From: Lama glama
Taxonomy: Eukaryota
Assembly: GCA_028534125.1 (NCBI GenBank)
Contig: CM052832.1
Span: forward strand, 12,648,001 to 12,712,000
Reading direction: 5' to 3'
DNA: 64,000 bases
The notes under the pieces: generated by a model
What the model was told of the DNA's origin: nothing
The model's database searches: none
Seen by the model: the letters and a program-made list of their open reading frames with translations, nothing else
Part shown: piece by piece, positions 49,946-62,763 of the stretch
Layout of the letters: every line of letters starts with the position of its first letter
Numbering within the stretch: the stretch's first letter is position 1
Position numbers and translations under genes: made by a program

Positions 49946-50777
49946 AAAAGTGTTTTAATTTGGTGGAGTACATGCTCTCCTAGTGCCTTGTATCAGTCAC
50001 ATTTGCTCACTTTTTTTTTTTTTAGCTTGTCTGATACCAGTATAGATATTTACATTGGCCATCTTGATATCTAGATTACTTTTTGCTTGTATATTCTAAG
50101 ATTTGAGCTCTGCAACTGTGCACTTGAGGAAAAACTTGGCATCTGACTGTCTCCTCACCTTGTTTCTCTGTTGCCCCCTGCGGATCTCAGTGTTGAATGT
50201 GCGTTGGTGCTGGGTAGCAGTAGATACTGTCCTGTTATTAAAAGTCGTGTGCTCAGAGCCAGTGAAGTGGCTTTTAATCAAAAATGTTTGTTGATCTGAT
50301 GAGTGCAATAAAATCCCCACAAGTGAGTGATCTCAGCACCTGCAGTCTCCACTTGTAATGAAGCAATTACTGAGCAGGCAGCACTCCCCCTGAGGGCTGA
50401 CTCAGGCCAGGTATATGGGGCAGTCACCTCACAGTACACCCAGGCACCTCACAGCCTTCCCCACTTGTGGCTCCTCTCAAGGCCTTTACATCCAACTCAT
50501 TTGTCAGCTTATGAGATCTCAGATTTGAAAAAAACTAGGTTCTGAGAGTTAATTCTGAATAGCAGGAGAGAATTATAATTCAGATGAGAAATCACCAGCT
50601 TTGGTACTGATTTTCAAGTTGTGTGGAAAGAGGGTAAAGTTGTATTTCAGTCTAAATTGATAGGAGAATTCTGGCTGAGGGAAAGGTTTAATTTCAGTCT
50701 AAATGCTGATAGGATTTTGGCTGATGTGAAACCTGTTTTTTAGTCTGATAGTAATGAGCTGTTACTTGGTCATTGTA

Positions 50778-51935
50778 CTTTTTTTGTTTTTAATTGAAGT
50801 ATGGTCAGTTTACAATGTTGTGTCAAATTCTGGTGTACAGCACAATACTTCAGTCATACAGGAACGTACATATATTTGTTTTCATATTCTCTTTCACCAG
50901 ATGTTAGTACAAGATATTGAATATAGTTCACTATGCTATACACTATAAGCTTGTTGTTTATCTTTTTTATATATTAGTTAGTATCTGTAAATCTTGAACT
51001 CCCAATTTATCCCTTCCCACCCCCTCCCCTAGTAACCATAAGTTTGTTTTCTGTGTTTGTGAGTCTGTTTCTGTTTTGTAAATAATTTCATCTTTTTATT
51101 TTTTAGATTCCACATATAAGTGATATCTTATGGTATTTTTTTTCTTTCTCTTTCTGGCGTACTTCACTTGGAATGACATTCTCCAGGTCCATCCATGTTG
51201 CTGCAAATGGCATTATTTTATTATTTTTTATGGCTGAGTAGTATTCCATTGTGTAAATATACCACAAGTTCTTTATCCAGTCATCTGTCAGTGGCATTTA
51301 GGTTGTTTCCATGTCTTGGCTATTGTAAGTAGTGCTGTTATGGACATTGGGGTGCATGTATCTTTTTGANNNNNNNNNNNNNNNNNNNNNNNNNNNNNNN
51401 NNNNNNNNNNNNNNNNNNNNNNNNNNNNNNNNNNNNNNNNNNNNNNNNNNNNNNNNNNNNNNNNNNNNNNNNNNNNNNNNNNNNNNNNNNNNNNNNNNNN
51501 NNNNNNNNNNNNNNNNNNNNNNNNNNNNNNNNNNNNNNNNNNNNNNNNNNNNNNNNNNNNNNNNNNNNNNNNNNNNNNNNNNNNNNNNNNNNNNNNNNNN
51601 NNNNNNNNNNNNNNNNNNNNNNNNNNNNNNNNNNNNNNNNNNNNNNNNNNNNNNNNNNNNNNNNNNNNNNNNNNNNNNNNNNNNNNNNNNNNNNNNNNNN
51701 NNNNNNNNNNNNNNNNNNNNNNNNNNNNNNNNNNNNNNNNNNNNNNNNNNNNNNNNNNNNNNNNNNNNNNNNNNNNNNNNNNNNNNNNNNNNNNNNNNNN
51801 NNNNNNNNNNNNNNNNNNNNNNNNNNNNNNNNNNNNNNNNNNNNNNNNNNNNNNNNNNNNNNNNNNNNNTGCTGTTTTGATTAGCTCTGTAGTATTGTCT
51901 GAAGTCTGGGAGGGTTATTCCTCCAGCTTCATTCT
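50778..51935 (-). mobile_element. Young 5'-truncated L1 (ORF2 C-terminus and 3' UTR), partly in gaps
   Basis: Minus-strand ORF 51103-51297 reads WIKNLWYIYTMEYYSAIKNNKIMPFAATWMDLE, the L1 ORF2 C-terminus; poly(T) and TTAATTGAAGTATGGTCAGTTTACAATGTTG 3' end; island 51870-51935 is also L1-like. Confidence 0.92.
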
Positions 51936-54900
51936 NNNNNNNNNNNNNNNNNNNNNNNNNNNNNNNNNNNNNNNNNNNNNNNNNNNNNNNNNNNNNNNNN
52001 NNNNNNNNNNNNNNNNNNNNNNNNNNNNNNNNNNNNNNNNNNNNNNNNNNNNNNNNNNNNNNNNNNNNNNNNNNNNNNNNNNNNTTGAAACGTGAAACAT
52101 TGTCTTTGTTTTATACATGAATAAACTGAGGCACCAAATTAAGGAAGTCACCTCACACGTGGCAAGAGTATAGCCCAGACTCCTTGTTACCACACTTTTC
52201 AGGAACTACAATTTTAGGCTTCCAGGAACTTAGGCTTCCCAACTGCTTGCCCAGCTTTGACTGTTATTACAAAATCTTCTGGACATTTGTCTCATTCTGT
52301 CCTAACCCATGTCTTCTCGTCCTGGCTGTCTTGTCCTGTGTTGCCTTCAGCCTGGTGGCAGAGAGAAAGCTAACAAAAAACTATAGATTTGTTTCGGGAA
52401 CCTGCAGAGTGCATAGTCCATGTGCATGTCACTGAGAGTTGACTGATACGCCAACTAGGGGCTTCCTTTAAGCCCCACTTTCTGGGTCCTCTCCCTTATT
52501 TCTTGGTTACCATCTTTCTGGGCCAGCTCTGCTCTGTAGACACAACTCCTCACTCCAGCCACAACTAAAAGATGCATCCTGACCCTCTCTCCCTGCCTTC
52601 TCTGCAATCAGGTCATCAGCATCTTCTCACCCATTATTATAGCTGCTTGACAACTGGCTTGTGCTTCAGCAGATGCTGCAGGGTGTTTGACTGGCAGTGG
52701 GATCACTGTCTGAGGATGGGCTGGTGGCCTACTGAAAAGCCTCCAAACAGTCCCAGGCTCCTCTCACTCAGCCCACATCGAGCAGCTGGGTTATAAAGGA
52801 GAACTCGCTATTTAGAAGGGAATCAGGGCTTCAGCAGGACATAAATATTCATAGAGGGAGGTTAGAACTTGAGTTCCTAAAACCTTGATTTGTGTTAGTC
52901 TATTATAAGCTCATTAAAAAGTGGTAAGTGAAAGTGGGGTATTTGTGGAACTATAGTTAAATTGGCCTTGTTCAGATAAAGGCCTCCAGCTGCCAGCTCC
53001 ACAGGCCCTGCCCAGAGCACGACAGCAGACTAGCTCGGCCACCTGTGGTCTGCCAACCTCAATTTAAAGATTTTGCTTAGCATGAGTTCCTGGCCTCGCT
53101 CTGGGCCAATTATCCCTTGTTTGGGTCCTTGGTAGCCTTCTAAAGCTGTTTAGGGATGGAAATCCCCGAACTTCCTCTCCAGAATGACATGCAAGCCAGG
53201 GCCTGGCCCAAGGGGCGGCAAGGAGAAATCTGGCTGACCTAGGAGTAACACTGGCATTGGGTAATCTACGAAGTACATAATCCATGTGCTTCTGTGTAAC
53301 TGCTTCTCCTACCTTCCTCCAGCTTCTGTGGGCATGAGGGGAAGGTTTCATATGAGGCCTAGCCCCTTAGCCCCACCTATGCTCAGCCCTACTTATTCCT
53401 CCATGGCTACAAACAGCAATTACAGCAGACCAGGCCTTGTGGTGGCCACAAAGGGGAGACAGATGGCCACTAGCCTTCTAGGACGGGAGCTACAAAGGCA
53501 TCCTTAGAGGCCAGGCAGTCACGTGCACAAGTGGAATGGGCCAGTCTGGGCTAGACTTGAGACCCTTGGGCTTCAGGTTTACATCATCTGCCTCTGGGAC
53601 TCCCAGAGTTTGGCAAGATGAGGTTGGGACACATAACTGGATGATATAGTATGTCCGCAGCTTCATGAGAGAAGGACTGGTTAATTGGCCAGAAGGAGGC
53701 AGTACCTTCTGGCCAAGGACAGCAGAGAAGGCCTCATGGAGGAGATAGAGCCTCAGGAATTAAGCTTTGTGTGGGACCCAGCGTGGAATTTGGTGCCGAT
53801 TGTGGTTTCTACACCAGGAAATGGAAACAGCATGTCTCGGGGTCCTGAGGGACTGGGCTGTGTGTGTTGGGGGCACTGCTGTGAAGGGTAAGCCTCATGG
53901 CAGCCCGAGGCTCCACTAACCGTCACATCAGGCGGCTGCTGTTCCCTGAGCGTGGCCTCCCAGTGCTCATTTCCCGGCAGCGCAGGTTCCTAGATGGCCT
54001 TTGGCTTCCCCAGGCACAGGCCCCATCCCTTGGCTGGGGCTGTTTCCCAGGACAGCCCTCCCTTTGGTACCCATTAGCAGGGAAATGACACAACCAGGCA
54101 GTTAACTCAAGGCTCTGCAGTTGCTCCCTCCCACAGGGCCCTGCTTCCAGAGCTGGAGTTGCAGTAGGCTGGGGCTGCAGGAAAGGGGGTAGATGGTGTG
54201 TAGTTTGAGCTGGGTGTTGGAACAAGGGAAAGTGGCTGACCCAGAAATGTCCAGGATGGGTACTGGCCAGGGAGAGTCTTCAGGGGCAACTCTGACACTG
54301 GCCCCAGAACACCTGCCTGGGATTCAGGGATTCATACTTGGCAGTTGTTGATCATCTGCACAGGGGCCACTCCAGAAAGGACAGGAGCATGGAACTGCCT
54401 GAGACTGATAAGGGGAGGGGTGTTCCACTCTGAGTCCTCAGAAAAGTCATTCCATTTGAGTGCCCATTCTCCGCATTTGTGAAACAGAAGTTATATTTGC
54501 TATCTCTCCCAGGGATGTGGTGAGAATGAGTGAAGTCAAATGGAAAATCAGGTATTAGCGGGACACAAGGCACTGTTCAGTCTGCTGCTGTGAGGGACGC
54601 AGGGCCACTGAGCTCCCATCCACTGAAATCTAGGCTCCCACCAGCAGGGCGGCGGTACAGGAAGAGCAGGCCCCAGGCCCAGGGAGGCGGCTGATTGGAC
54701 AGACACCTGGAGACAGATGAACTTCCAAAGCCAAATGTGTGATGTCAGGACCTTGGGCAATCCAGTCCAGTATTTTATAAGTCATTTCCCCACAACTCAG
54801 ATTATTTCCCCAAGAACACACCTCTGAAACTATAATCAAAACAAATGGGAGAACTGATACCTTTGGCATCCAGCCTTTCAGGAGCTTTGCTGTTTTGCTC

Positions 54901-55469
54901 CACAAGTTACAGCTAGCTTGATGATGGTCAATGCTTTTGCATAAGAACCAAATCAGAAAGAAATAAAGTGTCTCTGAGCCTTGTTTTCAGGAATTTTTAT
55001 TGAATCTCATGGAAAAATGTATATTATTACAACTTAGATTACTTTAAAATTAAGTGTACCAATGTGAAGAAATGGCTCTGCTTTTTGGCCCCTTGCTGTC
55101 TGATCGTATGAGGAGTGCTTTGGAAAGGCAACGCCTTCTTGCATCATCTCATTTCACTCTAGGACACGCCTGTGTGGCAGACACCTGCCACATTCAGGGC
55201 TCTAGTTGCTCCTGCTGTGGGGCCCAGCTGGGGCGTGTGCTGGGGCGACAGCTGATGAGGGGCCACTCCTACCTGCCTCCAACCCATGTTTGGCCCAGTG
55301 GGGTCAAGGCAGCGTTGAGACCCTGGCAACCACAGCTGTTTCCACTGGGGCTCGGGCTGCACCCCGTGGAGATAGAAGACAGCAAAGCATAGATACTGGG
55401 GTGGAGATGCAGTCCAAAAAGAATCCTAGAGGCTCCCTCCTCCCTATCCCAGGATCCCAGCTGTTTTGA

Positions 55470-55604
<135 letters not shown>

Positions 55605-55809
55605 TAATGCTCCCCCCCGCCCCGCCCCTGTGCCCTGACCCCTATCTGTCCTGGGGCCCTAGCCTTCGACTTCCATCCCCCCATACCCCCTGCCACCAGA
55701 GACCTGGGCCCTTGTTCCGTCTGTCCACCCTGCCCAGGTGTGCCAGCTGCCTCTTAGGTGGGAAGAAGGAAAAGGGCTTGAGCCATTTTGACCCCCTCCC
55801 CCCTCACAG

Positions 55810-55862
55810 GAGGTCTCTGGAGAAGGAGAAAAACAGCCTGATGAACAAAGCCTCCAACTATG
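55810..55862 (+). CDS. CCDC167: CCDC167 coding exon 3 (RSLEKEKNSLMNKASNY)
   Basis: Acceptor CCTCACAG|G, donor ATG|GTAAGA; 53 nt; phases match both neighbouring exons. Confidence 0.95.
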
Positions 55863-57311
55863 GTAAGAAAGTCCCCTCCCATTACCAGCCCCGTCCTCCA
55901 GTCCCAGGGTCAGGAGAGGGCAGACAGCCCAGGGAGCCCACAGTGATGAGGGTCAAGGGGATTCTTCAGGAGGGAGCCAGCCCCCAGAAAGTTGCTGGAA
56001 CCCACTGCAGGCTCAGCAGCCTGGAAGAAAATCAGTTTTGTCCCTCTGTTTCAGGTAGACGCAGAGGCCCATGGGTCTGTTCTTCCTCTGTGGGACAAAG
56101 GGGGATGGATGTAGCCAGGTCCAGAAGAGATCCTCACATCCACCCTGACTTGGAAGGTCTGCCCTCCCTGCCCCCTCCTCCCAGACCTCCACTCCCTCCC
56201 AGGAAGACCCTGGAGTGGGAGTGATGGGAGAAGTGGGATCTAGGGTGGAGGCTGAACCTCCCACTTGGGTGCTGTGAAGGACTACTGTGGGTGGGACAAT
56301 GCTGCCACCTTCTGGGTGTCCGGGGCAGAGCCAGGTAAAGCCCTGGGAGGACGTGGAGCTGAAGGGCAGTTGTAGGACCGCCCCCCCCCCCCGCCATCTG
56401 TAAGCCCCCCCCCCCCAGCAGCCTGGGAGGAAAAGGGTCTGCAGAGGCTCTCCAGACTTGTCTTTTTCACCCTGAGGGTCCAGATCTGGCCAAGAATCAA
56501 TCATAGAATAGTTCAGATGGCAGGCAACCTCCCAGAGGAACCAATTTGAATCAACACTGTAAGCACAGTGCATGTCACATACCCCTAGCTGGGTCCCATC
56601 TGGCCTGCCCAGAGCTGGTTCGTAGGTAACCCCCCCCCCCACGACACACACATAGGTAAGGGTGGGACATCAGTTACCCCTCAAACTTAGCAATGTTCAC
56701 ATAAAATTGTAGCATTACCAGTTTAGCCTTCACAGAACACCGGCCACCAGTGTGTCACACGAGGATGGGTACAGTGTGGCTGTAGAAGAACAGTAGGACT
56801 GTTCCCTCTGGAGGGGAGCCTGACTACCTTGTGGGCATGGACTGTCCTCTTAGCATCCTAGTCCCTGCTGGGCTGGGCATCCAGCAGAGGGCAGGACTGG
56901 AAACACTGGTGGTGTGGCCTGGCCCTGTACCTACTCCAGTGTCAGGCCTAAGGAGGTCCCAGCTGCCCTCAGAGTGTCTAGGTGGCCAGATGAGACACTC
57001 TGGAAGGAGGAGCACCATGGAGCCCACCCAGTGACAGGCCAGAGGACTCACCTGGTGATACCGTGCCACCACCTAGCTTGACTTTCAGGTGTGGCCTCTT
57101 TGATGACACCCTTTCCTTATACATTCTGTGTTCAACTGCGTTTGGCGAGAAATGGCTGAGCAGCATTGGGTGTTGGAATTTTTTGGGCCAGAATCTGTAG
57201 CCAAAAGGTTGTGAGGGTCTGGGCAGATCAAGGAGGACATTTTTATGGATAAGAAAGCGGCTAGGAGTATGTGTACCTATTTGTGGAAGAGCCAGAGGAA
57301 GAGGAGAGTAG

Positions 57312-57458
<147 letters not shown>

Positions 57459-57684
57459 GCCTGAGATTTCTCCACAGTCGGCGCAGGTTTCCCTTCAGCT
57501 CCAAGGTCATGGACAAGCAGGCCCGTCAAGCCTCAAGAAGACCAAGGTACAAGGCCATTTCCCCTGACTCAGACACTGGAGCAGGGCTTCCTGTCAGCCC
57601 AGCCTCTCCTGCCTCCCAGTCCTGCTGTGGGGCTGTCTCGGGACTCCAGAAGGACTTTGTGCTGGCTTAGGCCAAGGGAAAAGC

Positions 57685-57690
57685 AATAAA
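57685..57690 (+). terminator. CCDC167: CCDC167 polyadenylation signal AATAAA
   Basis: First AATAAA, ~230 nt after the stop, with TGTG-containing sequence downstream. Confidence 0.8.
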
Positions 57691-59000
57691 GAACACCCTG
57701 GCTGCTCCTATGTGCTGAGTAAATGTCATGGTCTGATGGCAGCTGGGGGCAGTGGGGTGGCACTCAGGAATCAAGATAAGCTCTTGGCCTAAACTCAGAA
57801 GGGAGGGAGAAGAGGGGCTGTGAAGGGAAGCCCCCAGCTCAAGTGGGGGAGAAGGCGATAACAAAGTACTTCTTAAGCCAGAACTGTGATGGGAGCCATT
57901 TCCAGGGCTTGGGCGCTGCTGGGGCCGAGACAGACCCCACACCACCCCTAGCAAACACTGTCTTGCCCTCTAGTCCATGCCACACTGCCTGTGACTATGG
58001 CAGAAAAAAATCTGGCCTGCGCAGCAAAGGGCAGCCTGGGGACTTGAAGGGCTCGTGTGGTGGACCCACAGGAGTGCAGAATTAATCCATCTTTAGGAGG
58101 CAGACAAGGCTGATGAGGCCTGGCAGAGCCAGTGAGCAGCAAAAGCCATGGTAATGACCAGACTTAAGGTAAGTGGCCAGTAAACCAGGAGGGGTTTGCA
58201 GGGGGGCAAACACAGACATCATCTGCTGCCCCTGAGCACAGCCCCCAACTCTACTCCCAGCACAGGGGCCAGGAGGGCAACCAGAAGGATGGAGGGGCTT
58301 GGGAGCCAAGAGCACACCAATTAAGTTAGTAAAAGCATGGAAAGGGGTTACCCTGGGAGCTAAGGCTGTGAAACGTTAAGGGAAGGACACTCAGGGTCAG
58401 GGTGACGGAGCCAAGCAATACGTAGATACCAGGCTGTAGGGGAGAACCTGCACCAGAGTGATGGGACTGCTGGAGAGACGCTAGCCTAGAGCAGAGAGGG
58501 AGAGAGGCGCCAGGCGTAGAGCGGAGGAAAGGCTGGCCGGGGTCAGGGAAACCGTCCCTCCCCTCCCTCTCTTTCCCTGTCTAGTGGCACTAATTGGTCT
58601 GACGCTTCTGTTATTTTAGTAACACAGACTGATCCTGGATTGTCACAGTGCCACATGGAGTAAGCTGTGCGATTTATATAAAGGGGAAGGTGCCTCCCTG
58701 CCCTGCTGGGCTGTAGAATCATTCATTCTCCAATCCCTGCTCTGACCAGGTGCTGCATCATTCCCCAGCTCTTCCTTGGGCCCCTCTCTAGCAGCAAGCA
58801 GCAGCCTTGGGAGTCCTGAGCTTGGACAAGGCTCTGACTAAGCAAACCGTCTTTTCTCCCCTTTTCTTTAAGTAGCGCTTCCTCCCCCTCACCTCCAGTC
58901 CAAGCTGTTTCATCCAAGTGAGTCCCAGACCACAATGCACCAAGGACAAACAGCAGCAGCCCCTGTACAAAGCCACACAGGTATTAAAAATATGTTTATC

Positions 59001-59006
59001 TTTAAT
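59001..59006 (-). terminator. CMTR1: CMTR1 polyadenylation signal ATTAAA (3' UTR ~1.3 kb)
   Basis: TTTAAT on + strand; on the - strand it is followed by a U-rich stretch and GU-rich TGTGTGGCTTTGT. Confidence 0.65.
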
Positions 59007-60280
59007 GAGCTAAGATTCTGCAAGACACACTGATTTACCCAGAACTGGGTGGAAATACAGCATCTCAGCTGTGCTGCTGACAATGTGGGGGGAGGGGCCA
59101 GAGACCCCTGAGGTGGAGTCAGTTCTAACCTCAGGAGCCTCTGTGCCCTTTCTCCATGGAAACCAGTCTAGCACTGGGATGGGGCCCTAGGGAGCCCATA
59201 TGAGCATCTCTGAGAGGTATTTCCCATTAAAAACAACCACAGGTGCCCCACCCACCCACCCAAAGCTACAGCCCAGCTTCCCCTCTTCCCCTTCTGCCTG
59301 CTGAGACAGAGGAAATGGAGTGACCACGCAAGGACAAACAAAAGCAACAGTATCTCTTATTGGGGAAGAAGAACAAAGGGGGCGGGTAGCAAGGTGGCTG
59401 GGGAAATGGGTGCCATGACTGGCAGAGGACTGAGTGCAACCCAACCCTTGAGGTACCCTTTGTCATGGTGGGGCCACTGCTGCTGGCATGTAGAAAGATG
59501 CAGGTCTTCGAGGGTGCTTCCTCTCCTTTGAGAGCTGCCCAAAGTTCAGATCAAAAGGGGTGGGGCCCAGGAAGCAGTCACATCAACCACCAGACAGCAC
59601 TACCTGCATCCTGAAGTGGGGTCCTCATGCCTCCCTTCCCGGCCTGCGGGACTGTCAGAGGTCCAGGCTGGGAAGAACTCCAGGGAAGACCAGGACAGGG
59701 TAGGGGGAGGAGACACATCTCCAACTTGGCATCAAAACAGAGCAGGTTCAAAGAAACAAAACCTTGGTTTGTACAGCAGCTGCTCCTGGCCAGCTCACAA
59801 TGGTGGGCTTCCACCCACTCAGGGTTGGCCCAGTAAAAAGTTGGGCAAAGCAAGGGCATGGCCGCCCTCAGGGCAGTGCACAGAACTCAGAAAAGTGAGT
59901 CTACAGGATACAGGAGAGAACAGAGCCAAAGCCCTGATCTCTCTGACACGTCCTCCACTGGCCCCACGTGCCCTGGGCTCTGACCTCAAACCTGCTGGAG
60001 GAGCTGCATCCTTCAGGCTGAGTCCAGGCAGGGGAGACAGTTCCCAGGCAGGTCTCTGGGGAGCGAAGTCCAAAAAAGTGTCCCAGAAGGAACTTGTGAG
60101 TGTCCTCTGAAGGCCCCTATTGAGCTCTTCAGAGGAAATGCAGAGGTGGCCACCCATCCCTCATGACCAGGCTGCAGTGACTGTGCTTCCCATCCCTCTG
60201 AGAGGGAGAAGGAACCAGTATGTGGGCCCAGGTGCAGGGAGTAACAGGGCATTTGGCAGGGGTGGGTGTCCCCTGGACCC

Positions 60281-60413
60281 TCAGGCGCTGTGCGTCTGGA
60301 TGAAGGAGAGGACAGCCTCCTTGGACAGCTTGTCTGGGTCCTGGGGCTTCTGGGAGTCATGCACACGGATGCCATCCCCCCACTCCCAGAACAGCCGGCT
60401 GGAGTAGCAGATG
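60281..60413 (-). CDS. CMTR1: CMTR1 last coding exon ([44 protein letters not shown])
   Basis: Acceptor TCCCCAG|C, stop TGA at 60283-60281; matches the recalled C-terminus of cap methyltransferase 1. Confidence 0.95.
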
Positions 60414-61050
60414 CTGGGGAGGAGAAAGGAGGTCAGAGGGCAACACCCCCTGGAGCAGGACCTAGAGACCACCACCCACCCTGGCAACTGTTCTTAGGAG
60501 TCAGTCTCATCAATGACTCTAGTTGAGGGTCTCCCCTCTGGCAGCCAAAATGTACCAAGTAGGCCCTGCTCCTCCCTGCCTTCCAGAATCAGCTTTCCCA
60601 ACACATAGCTGCTGCTAATTGCATCCTACTGGACCCTACAATTACTGATATTCCTGGTTTATCTGTCTCTGCTACTCTAATAGAACAGTATTAGTGTGGT
60701 GACACACTAGTGTCCGTGGCTAATTACAGGCACAGTAGGGCTGCCGGCTGCTGTTGAAACCTACAGCCAACAATCTGGCAAATGGACACTGGGTCCAAGA
60801 GCAAGGCTGTGGGCCCTCAGCATGTTCCCACGCCCAGGCCAGGGTGGGGCCCTTTATTCCCAAGACCCCCAACCTGGTCCTGGGGGTTGGGTCCCACCAT
60901 CACTCTCTCCATTTCCCCTTGTGGGGAGCCCCTGCATGGGCAGCAAAGGGTCTCAGGGTGCAGGTGTGCCCCAAGAGGATGGGCTGACATCCTGGCAGGA
61001 GTGAGTACCTAGGGCTGCTGAGGGGGCAGGCCTGGAAGAGGGCTACTTAC

Positions 61051-61159
61051 TGAAATGGAGCAATGGAGTCTGCAGGGAGGTCAAAGGTAGATGTCTTGGT
61101 TTTCTTGTTGTAGAAGAACTTCCTCTTGAAGCTTTTGCTGAAACCCATGGTCCATGGCT
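61051..61159 (-). CDS. CMTR1: CMTR1 exon encoding the WW domain (EPWTMGFSKSFKRKFFYNKKTKTSTFDLPADSIAPF)
   Basis: Acceptor CCTATCAG|AG, donor CA|GTAAGT; 109 nt; phases consistent. Confidence 0.95.
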
Positions 61160-61763
61160 CTGATAGGAGGAAAGGGGGGAGAAGCCCAGAAAGGACACAA
61201 AATACCCATGAGGGGCAGGTCAAGCCAACGTAGGGCATGCCTCCCTCCACTCCCGTTCTTCCACTCCCCTTTCTCCCACCCAGACAGCAGGCAGGGAGCC
61301 TGTGAGAACACAGCCTTCATCACCAGCCCAAAGAGGCTCCAGAGGACGATTAAGATAGTTCTCAACAACCCTACCCCAGTCCTGCCAGCCTGCTATCGGG
61401 CGACACCTCTAGGACCCTGGCTGAGGGAGCAGGACTCTTAACCAGAGAGCACGAAGGAAAAAGGATGCTACAGGGGATGCAAATGGCCAAACTTGACTTT
61501 CTGGATCTGCTGCTGCCGCTGCCCACTAAGAAGGCCCCTTTCCTGCCAGGAGGACACCGTGTGTGCGTAGACAAGCTGGGCTCTTGTCTCTCCAGCCCCA
61601 ACACCCAACCCCTAGGACCCACCAAAGAACAGAAGAGGTTCAAGGACATAGTCCTCCTCAACATACACCTCAAAGAAGTGCCAGCCTGTCTGCTGCCTGG
61701 CTCAGGCAGGGTGTGGGCCAGTCACCCCGGCTGAGCGTCAGGGAATGATCGCTCATCACCCAC

Positions 61764-61876
61764 CATTCACCGTCCTGACGATGTAGAGGCCAGTGGGCAC
61801 GAAGTGCCGGTCGTCCCGCCCCGTGTAGCTGAGCTTCGGTGTGTTACTGGAGCCCTTGATGATCTTCATTTCTAAC
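61764..61876 (-). CDS. CMTR1: CMTR1 coding exon ([37 protein letters not shown])
   Basis: Acceptor GATCAG|G, donor ATG|GTGGGT; 113 nt; not in the supplied ORF track but in frame with both neighbours. Confidence 0.93.
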
Positions 61877-62715
61877 CTGATCTCCCGAGCAGGGAAATGT
61901 GCAGGCAGGAAACATGAGAGAGAAAGGAGGCCCTAACGTCAGTCTCTGGCTAATGTCAAAATCACCCAACCACAGTATTTTTACCTCCGTTCAGCATAAG
62001 AAACTGAGGCAGAGACTTGAAACGCTCCAGGCCTCATGTCAAGTGGGTGAGTGCAGTGCTGGTTTTAAAGCTCAGGCTCTGAACTAAGCAGTGGAGGCCA
62101 GGGAGTAGCAAGTGCCCCTGCTATGTTGCTGCTGTTTGGGGATGTCAGGGTGACACCGCTAAGGATAAGATCTGAGACCACGAGTGCCACGGGTCTTAGC
62201 CACTACCCATGGCATCAGTGTGGCCACCAAAGAGTTAACGTGGGCGCACTGAGACCTGGCCCAGCTCCTGTGCCCACAGTGGCCACAGCCAGGATGAGAC
62301 CTACAGACCTGAGCACCCCACACACCGCTAAGAACAGGAAGCAGCAGTTATGCTCCCCCTACTGCCTCCAGGCAGGACCTCTGTCAGCACCAGGAGCTGG
62401 GATTTATAGTGTTTCAAGCAGCTTGCTGCTCTGCCCCTCGCAGGGACAGTCATAACTATTACAGTGCCAATGAGCCCATATTTCTGCCTGACACACACCT
62501 GCCCTGCTCCCCCTGACAGCTGAATCAGCTCTCAGCCAGGGGACTCTTGGCTGCACGGGCAAGGGAGGTGAGGGGATAGAGGCAGCCCACCAGGGCCAAC
62601 TCACTGCCACATCCCCAACCCATCTACATACAGGACAGCAGAGAACGAATCCTGGACACTGCCACGGCCCATCCCAGCTCCTCAAATCCTGAGCTACCCT
62701 GGTGGAGTCACTCAC

Positions 62716-62763
62716 CTGACAAAAATCTTCTCCATCTCCTCCAGCCTGTACACCTCCTTCACC
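62716..62763 (-). CDS. CMTR1: CMTR1 coding exon (VKEVYRLEEMEKIFV-R); gene continues beyond the window end
   Basis: Acceptor GTCCACAG|G, donor CAG|GTGAGT; 48 nt. Confidence 0.93.

Noticed and set aside
51332-52193. Long ORFs made mostly of X
   Set aside because: Artefacts of assembly gaps inside the L1.
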